Assembly (NCBI GenBank): GCA_964016885.1
Contig: OZ024743.1
Span: 221,030,001-221,094,000, forward strand
Direction: 5' to 3'
From: Eledone cirrhosa
Lineage: Eukaryota
Length of the DNA: 64,000 nucleotides
Position 1 is the stretch's first letter. Every line of letters starts with the position of its first letter. Positions 55,624 through 64,000 of the stretch are shown piece by piece. A program made the translations under genes and the position numbers. The notes below the pieces were generated by a model. It had not been told where the DNA came from, made no database searches, and worked only from the letters and a program-made list of their open reading frames with translations.

Positions 55624-55904
55624 TATATATAGACACACGCACACACACGCATATATATTATATATGTGTGTGCGTATATATATATAATATATATATACTG
55701 CTTACCTCGGTATTTCTAGAGTTTTCTATAATTGCTTGGGAGCTTCATAATCGAAAGAAATAGTTTTCGGAAAGCATGTCTCATACTATCAAAGCGTTAC
55801 GCTCCACTTAACATATCACAGGTTTTAGAATCCGTCGTGGGATTCAGAAATTGCAGAGGGAAAGTATGGAATGTTGTAAGGCAATAAGTAATGAGAAGTG
55901 CATC

Positions 55905-56518
55905 TGTGTGTATTTCTGTTTGTAAGTCGATGTGTGTGTGTGTATCTATTTGTAAGTCTATGTGTGTGTGTTTCTGTTTGTAAGTCTATGTGTGTGTGTG
56001 TATTTCTGTTTGTAAGTCGATGTGTGTGTGTTTGTGTTTGTAAGTCTATGTGTGTGTGTGTATTTCTGTTTGTAAGTCGATGTGTGTGTGTGTTTGTGTT
56101 TGTAAGTCTATGTGTGTGTATTTCTGTTTGTATGTCTATGTGTGTGTGTTTGTGTTTGGAAGTCTATGTGTGTGTGTTTGTGTTTGGAAGTCTATGTGTG
56201 TGTATTTCTGTTTGTAAGTCTATGTGTGTGTATTTCTGTTTGTAAGTCTATGTGTGTGTGTTTGTGTTTGCAAGTCTATGTGTGTGTGTTTGTGTTTGGA
56301 AGTCTATGTGTGTATTTCTGTTTGTAAGTCGATGTGTGTGTTTTTGTGTTTGTAAGTCTATGTGTGTGTGTGTATCTATTTGTAAGTCTATGTGTGTGTG
56401 TTTGTATTTGTAAGTCTATGTGTGTGTATTTCTGTTTGTAAGTCGATGTGTGTGTGTTTCTGTTTGTAAGTCGATGTGTGTGTGTGTATCTATTTGTAAG
56501 TCTATGTGTGTGTGTTTG
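55905..56518. repeat. Minisatellite, ~26-32-bp unit GTAAGTC(T/G)A(TG)n..TTT
   Basis: About 20 tandem units with variable TG length. Confidence 0.9.
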
Positions 56519-56848
56519 TCAGTGGACAGTTATGTGTGTAAGAGAGAGTGGTGTGTAATGCAGCAATTGGCAGGATGAGTTGGTGTCTCTGCCTGTGCGT
56601 GCGTGTGAGAGATGTGTGTGTCTGTATGATTTTGTCTATGCCCGTGTCCATTTCTGTGTATGTGTATATATGTGAGTTTACGTTATAAGTATTTGCATGA
56701 TTATCTCTACTTCTGAATGTCATGTATGTATATTGTGTGTGTATGTTTATTGTGTGTGTACGTGCGACTGTGTATCTATTATGTGTGTGTATGCGTGTGT
56801 CAGTAAGAGAAAATGTGATTATTTTAGTGTAAATTTCCATTATGAGAA

Positions 56849-57277
56849 CTAGCAGAAAAACCAACTTTCGGGTGGTTTTCTGCTAGACTGTGTACTGTGT
56901 ATATTGATATTATACACAAGTATATATACATGTAGATATGATACATCAAATAAAATCATAATTGACAATATACACAGAAATTGAACGAAGACTGCGTTAC
57001 ATTGTCTTATGTAATCAGTAACGTAATCCATTGACGGAAATATGACTGTTTATTTAAGCGATCGCTAACCGGAAGTGTTGACATTTGAAAATGTTAAAGA
57101 AGTGACTCTTAAAATAAGCGACAGAATTATTTATATTTAATCAAGAATAACGAAATTTAGTAGATAAATTATGTAATATTGATTATTTATTCAAAGTAAT
57201 TCAACTTATTTTACAAACGGGATAAAAAAATATATTCTGGAGGCTGTTCCGCACTCCTCCCTTTATTATAGTTTAGA
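56849..57277 (-). mobile_element. Non-autonomous Helitron
   Basis: The minus strand starts TCTAAACTATAATAAAG and ends with a hairpin then TTTCTGCTAG. Inserted between A and T with no TSD. Confidence 0.55.
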
Positions 57278-57919
57278 TGTGAGTTTGTGTGAGATTACAT
57301 GCAAACAGTGTGTGTACGCGTGTGATTGCATATATACATATGTATGTATTTGTATGTGTACGAATACATGTGTACGTATGTATGTGCATGTGTATTTGAG
57401 AGTGCGGTAGTGTTTAGGAGTTTGTGTGTGTGTGCGTGAAAGAGAATATGTGTAAGTTTAACTCTACGTTCAATTGTGTGAATGTAGGTGTATAGTTGTA
57501 TGTGTATGAGTGCAATTGAGTGTGAATGCATAAAGTATGCGTGTGTGTATATGTACGTTTGTGTAATTGTATGTTAATGTGTGTTCGCGTGTGTGTATGT
57601 ATATGTGAGTGAGATAGTGGTTGTATCAGTTTGTGATATGAAAATGTGTGTAAGTTTAACAGTAATTACGGTTGTGTGAGTATTCATGTATAACACAGCG
57701 TATTACTTCTAGACAGAGTGGGGGAGAGAGTAAGAGGAGTAACTGTCCACTACTTTATTTATTGAAGGATCTCGAACTCATGGAAGCCAAATTTTTACCT
57801 GACAGCAATCTGAGGTCAGAATGGAGATAACAGCAAAAAATACTAGAAAGCATTGGAGGAGCCCATCCATTTCTGGTCCTAAACATAGTGTGTATGTGTC
57901 CGAGAGAGAGAGAGAGAGA

Positions 57920-58009
<90 letters not shown>

Positions 58010-58830
58010 AGATAGTGAAGAATAATCAACCTCAGTACATGTCTGATATTTTATTAATCGACTTCGATATAAAAGACATCCGAGGGATTTGAACTCAAAG
58101 TACATACAAAGCATTATACCCGAAGTTCTAACGTGACTACTACTTCCATGATTAGCTTTCCCAATTGTGTGGTATTGTCCCGTAATTTGTGAGAGGGTCG
58201 TCGGAGCATTGTATTAACATATGGCGTTTCTTGGGCATTTTGGCTAAAGCCACTTCCCCTAGGCTTCAGTACACCAGATTTCGGTCAGAGAAGGATATCA
58301 AGTGGGAGAGAGAAGTGAGAAAGAGCTATATAGGGAGAATAACCCCCTGTACTAGACTGGTACTTTTTCATTCGTCTTCGAAAGGAAGAAAGGCAAAGTT
58401 GACGTCGGCGGAATTCGAACTATGAGAACAGAGAGCTGGAATGGATAGGGAAAATCATTCTATCCGACCTTCTAACGACTCTGCCACTTCGCCTTCACAA
58501 TACTAATGCTAAAAGTAGGAACACGAATCACGATTTTTTATAAAGTTTGCTTTCTTTCAATGTTTTTTTTTTAATCATTTACAATACCATTATTTTACCT
58601 TTTTTTACTTTTTATTCTCCACCTCCCATCCCATCCTCCATTTTATGCAATTGAAACTATTTTCGGTCGTCACGATTTTCATTTTTACACGATGGTTATC
58701 TTCAAACTAATTAACCTGGAATTAAAACTGAAATAATTCTCCTCGAAACAGAAGTTAATTCACCGAGAGCACGAATAGAATTTATAGAAAATTACTCAAC
58801 CATTTTATGCCTTTTACGTCGTCTACACAC

Positions 58831-58864
<34 letters not shown>

Positions 58865-58865
58865 G

Positions 58866-58966
<101 letters not shown>

Positions 58967-59340
58967 TGTGTATGTGTGTATATCCTGGCGTGCAATCATT
59001 GAAGCATGCAGGAACACGTGCATGTATGTATGTATGTATGTATGTATGTATGTATGTATGTATGTATGTATGTATGTATGAATGTATCTATCTATCTATC
59101 TATGTGTGTGTCTGCTATGGAAATATGTATGTCTATATGGGTAAGTACCGCTTTATAGCGTCACTATATCTGTGAAGATTACAAAATGGCCTTATTTGTA
59201 TGACTCTTATCCTAAATCGCTTCCTTCTTTCCTTCTCATCCACTATCTACTTCTTTATCTTCTTTCCCTACTTCAACATTCGTTTATTCTTTCCTTTTCT
59301 TCGTCACCTTCTTATTTTACTACATATAATATGTGTGTGT

Positions 59341-59467
<127 letters not shown>

Positions 59468-59468
59468 C

Positions 59469-59519
<51 letters not shown>

Positions 59520-59523
<4 letters not shown>

Positions 59524-59712
59524 TAAGAGGAATTCCAACTTTGTCTGATTTACTCGTTTTATTTACAATCCTTTAAAATATATAATGGTATTATAATGAA
59601 ATAGTATGATAGAATATTAAATTCTAAGTGTTAATTGAACAAGTACTTTCAAGCTTTCGCAATCTTCAGGTTCATAATATGTGATGACAGTCGAGTTTGC
59701 AATTTTCAACTG
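59520..59712 (-). mobile_element. Family F element (hammerhead motif 59636-59674)
   Basis: Matches 36286-36478 with the same ends. (TA)n on both sides. Confidence 0.8.
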
Positions 59713-60246
59713 ATATATATATGTATACTGCTTTCTTTAATTTATTTCTTTCGTTTATTTTTCCTTCTTCTTAAGCTTCCTTGTCTGTACATCTTCCCTC
59801 CCACCACTTCACTTTCTATTTTCCACCATTCTTCCTTTGTCTACAACTTTTCTATTTTCTTCCCTACTCTTCTGTCTATTTCTGACTTTCTTCTTTTCCT
59901 CACACATGAAGAAAAAAAACAACCGCAACAAGGAAGGCGTTCTTCTGTTTCGATTCACATGATCAAACGTGGCTAATATGATGGGCTTCATTAGGATAAT
60001 GTACTAGAGATAGACACTATATTATTAGAACTACTCAATGTTGTTTCAACCAGTGTAGTACCATTTTAACTAGTTGTAGTAACATCTAGATTGTTAAAGT
60101 GGCGAATGATGCCTCGCTATTTAATCCGACTGGCTGTATTCTGAGTTCAAATCTCGCTGAGATCATCTTTGCTTTTTATTTTGTCTCGTACTAGAATCCA
60201 CTAACCTTCGATGTCTCTTTACAATTCTCCCATCTCTCTATCTCTT

Positions 60247-60284
<38 letters not shown>

Positions 60285-60293
60285 CCTACATAA

Positions 60294-60326
<33 letters not shown>

Positions 60327-60623
60327 GTCAAAATTGGGAATTTAAACTTCACTGTAAAAATGGATTATAGGTGGATTACCTCTCAACGTCCATGTTAATT
60401 CGAAGCCTCCTATTCCTCACACTAACCACTATGCTCAGTCCTTCCGGTAGATAAGCTTGGTTGTCTGCAACTCCCTCTCTGTTCATACATTTTCCAAAGG
60501 AGTAGACCAATAACAATTTAAGGAAAACATCAACGGTATCAATTTATTTGGGCTCAGAGGGCATGTGAAGGACACGACTCTTTCCCTAGCTCCAGATCTA
60601 ACAAGTAAAAACATACTATCAAG

Positions 60624-60908
60624 TAGACATGGGCAAACCTTTTCTAGAAGCGGGCCTCTTGAGGTATGGCTCATCATCAGGCGGGACGCAAGCGCTAATT
60701 TACATTCATGCCATGAAAAAAAAGTGCGTTAACTCATGTTGTTTTGATTTGTTTCTTCAGAATTCGTACATATTGTTTTCCTCGATCGTAAAAAGATAGA
60801 AATATAAATTACGACAAATTTGGGGGTAAAAAAATCAGAAAGATTTCACTTAGGTGACTTAGTCGAGCCATTCAGAAAGCTTCGCGGGTCGCAGGTTGCC
60901 CACGACTG
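60624..60908. mobile_element. hAT (Charlie-like) MITE
   Basis: Imperfect TIR TAGACATGGGCAA / TTGCCCACGACTG. 8-bp TSD CTATCAAG / CTATAAAG. Confidence 0.65.
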
Positions 60909-61290
60909 CTATAAAGTTTACGATGAATCATCCTATAAGCCTCACAAAGAATTGACCATTTTGCTGCTGCATATAAAAATATGCGATTGGTACCTCTCGT
61001 TCAGCACATCCATACCTGGCTCACCTAGCTTATATCTGATAGTGGCACGACATCAGAATAGTAATGAGATATCAAATGGTCATTTTTCTCCTTTACTAAA
61101 ACAAAAACCCTAACACTTCGTTTCCTATGAATATAAACCTATGTTTCTTCTCATTTTAAAATCATATTGCATCGTAAGCTCTCAACTCGTTGTAGAATCG
61201 TATGGGCACTCTTATGACATTTTGTACAGTTCATCTGTCGCAGTTGTCTGTCAGATCGTGGGTTTCTGCTAAGGATTTGCCTGTCTTCTC

Positions 61291-61470
61291 TATAATTGTC
61301 TCTACTTTAGGCACAAGGCCAGCAATTACCCAGTGCATTACTGGTACTTTATTTTATCGACCCCATAAGGATGAAATCAAAGTCAACCTCGGCGGGATTT
61401 GAACTCAGATCGTAAAGGGACGTAACTATGCTGGAAAGCATGGCGTCCGACCCTCTACTGATACTGCCAA
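61291..61470 (-). mobile_element. SINE family A
   Basis: Full-length reverse-complement match. Confidence 0.85.
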
Positions 61471-61894
61471 TATGTTGTAAAAATAGTATCATTCGAATAA
61501 TGATAATTACATGTAAATATTTCAATGTTTTGTAAATAATATTATATTTTCAAACTATAGATTCATTATTTATAATTAAATGTTCATATCAATCATCAAA
61601 CATTTTAGGAAACCAATAAAAATATTCCAAGTAACAAAATAAGTCATTTCTTACGACACATTTCTAGCAGGCCTGTATATCGTTGAGACCCATCATTTTC
61701 GGCTGTTGGCATGTATTAACAGGCTTATGAATCATAGGTCCGTCATGTGGTACTAGGAAGTACATATAAAGAACGAAGTCTTTCGGTAAGAAATTTATCA
61801 ACAGTATCATCTCATTGTTTCGAAGGAATAGACCCCACTCCTGAATAATTAATAAAACTACCAAAATGTTTTATAACACTATTACAATATTAAT

Positions 61895-62112
61895 AATAAT
61901 AATGGTTTCTGATTTAGGCACAAGGCAAACCATTTTCGTGGGGAAAGGGTAAGTCAAATAAATTGACCCTAGTATGTTAATGATAATTTATATTATCAAA
62001 ACCGTAAGGATAAAAAGCAAAGCTAACCTCGGCGGGATATGGACTTAGAACGTAAAGAGCTGTAACTATCTGCCACGAATCAGGGCCTCCGACGCTCTAC
62101 CGATTCGGCCAA
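61895..62112 (-). mobile_element. SINE family A, older long form
   Basis: Diverged match with a (TAA)n tail at the left. Confidence 0.7.
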
Positions 62113-62633
62113 TCTACTACCCTAATAACAACGACGACAACAACAACAACAGCAATGATAATAGAAAGTGATGTTCAGCTTACATATTCAGGAACATTTG
62201 TTGGCATTACTATGATATAGGATACAGAGAAAGACAAGAAGGGAAGAAGTGAAGGAAAATAGCGCTAACCAACAGAAAAGAGTTCAATCAAATTCATAAA
62301 GAGATCGAATAAAAAATTTGAATGGCAATATATATATATATATATATATGCGTATATTATATATGGTCTTTGCGCGTATGTGTGTGTGTGTCTATAGAAA
62401 GGCAGGCGTTATAGAAGGATAAGTAGGCAAACATTAGTAGCACAAAGAGAAAAGGATTAATGTAAAGCTTTGTGTGAGAATTTACATTCGTCCATCTTAA
62501 TATTGACGGTATGTATATATACATTAGTATTCATATAATAATTGGGGAAATATATATGTTTAATATTTTCCGTGCAAACAAGTCTACATATGTGGATATA
62601 CCGATACCAACCACACGTATATATTTTCAAAGA

Positions 62634-62784
<151 letters not shown>

Positions 62785-63162
62785 GTATGCGAATGTGCAT
62801 GGATTAGTGGATAGGGTGTCCAGCTAACGATCGTAAAGGGCTGAGTTCTATTACTGAAGCTTTATTTCACGTTACTCAAGTCATGGAAAAAATGAATTGT
62901 ACTTGTAATACAAAGGGCCTGACATGTCATAGAATGTGTGACACTGAAACTCTCTGATAACTACATAAGTGGTGTATATGTTGTGAGAATGTTCAGCTGA
63001 TTTAAACGTTAATTTTACGGGTAGGCTGATCTGCTCTTTGAAAAACTGGAACAAATATCGTCGGAACCGAGGGGGATCCATGATAAAGTAGATGTAGAAA
63101 TACAGCTACAATCACAACAAAGATCTATATCCGCTATATAGGCATGAGAACGAACGTGTATG

Positions 63163-63233
<71 letters not shown>

Positions 63234-63396
63234 GTGTATATATATATATATATCTTTAGGTTTGTTGGTTCACCACTGGATAGAATTGGTCATTCCGTAT
63301 GGTCAATCTTGGTATAATATTGTGGAGAGTACTCAACGTAGTGCAGTTCACCCGTCTTCGTTTGTGTAGTTGATGATGCGAATACGGAGTTAATTA

Positions 63397-63762
63397 TAAA
63401 TAAAAATAACAGGAGGCTGGACTGGTGTAAATCCTTGAAAGGTTTATTATACTATGATCATTTCAATGACCGGGTTCCATATTAATCCGGTGATATCATC
63501 AGGTATTCGAAATATAACAAAGGAATATGTAAAAACCATGGGTCCGAAAAATCAGAGACAAGAGACAGAGAGGACGACTGACCAACTAGCTGCCTTTACC
63601 TCGGCCAGTCGCCCTCATATGGAACACAGTCATTGAAATGATCATAGTATAATAAACCTTTCAAGGATTTACACCAGTCCAGCCTCCTGTTATTTTTATT
63701 TATGTATATATATATATATATATACATAAATAAAATTAACAGGAGGCTGGACTGGTGTAAAT

Positions 63763-63766
<4 letters not shown>
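63397..63766. mobile_element. Inverted-repeat hammerhead-bearing element, family M (motif 63449-63506, minus)
   Basis: Arms 63397-63482 and 63617-63702, with a third end fragment at 63728-63766. AUAC-CUGAUGA-..ACCGG..CCGGU..-GAAA-UGAUCA-UA-GUAU. Confidence 0.75.
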
Positions 63767-63834
<68 letters not shown>

Positions 63835-64000
63835 ATATATATATATATAATAAAATGTTACAGTATCGAGAGAGAGAATAGAGAGATGAAGCGTTATAGA
63901 AGAGACGATACAGATAATTAATTGCCATAAGCAGGTGCTTTAGTGCTCGATGCTTGTGCAGGTAGGGTTAAACATTAGAAGCGTTGATATTTAGTGTGCG

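Noticed and set aside
55905-56518. Repeat-spacer-like pattern resembling a CRISPR array
   Set aside because: The 'spacers' are only (TG)n variants; eukaryotic context with no cas genes. It is a minisatellite.

Overview
AT-rich, microsatellite-saturated eukaryotic non-genic DNA (intergenic or a large intron). The SINE families and repeat density suggest an octopus/cephalopod, which is an inference. There is a 200-N gap at 2494-2693. The only credible long ORF is a 5'-truncated but otherwise intact Tx1-like non-LTR retrotransposon ORF2 (4629-7898) inserted in a (TCTA)n tract, followed by a second, diverged 3' fragment in the same tract. Nearly all other ORF calls are microsatellite artefacts. 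The main hidden structure is a set of about 13 sequence-unrelated short non-coding elements that each carry a type I hammerhead ribozyme motif. Most sit in (TA)n tracts, and many form head-to-head palindromes or partial tandem units, which is Penelope-like/retrozyme architecture. One is a ~320-bp tandem-plus-inverted array whose ribozyme has a compensatory U3-A8 core. The window also holds tRNA-derived SINEs, an RTE-derived bipartite element embedded in (ATGT)n, hAT MITEs (one with convergent tRNA-like units), a small Helitron, and decayed mariner and R4/Dong remnants. Coordinates were read by eye and may be off by a few bases.
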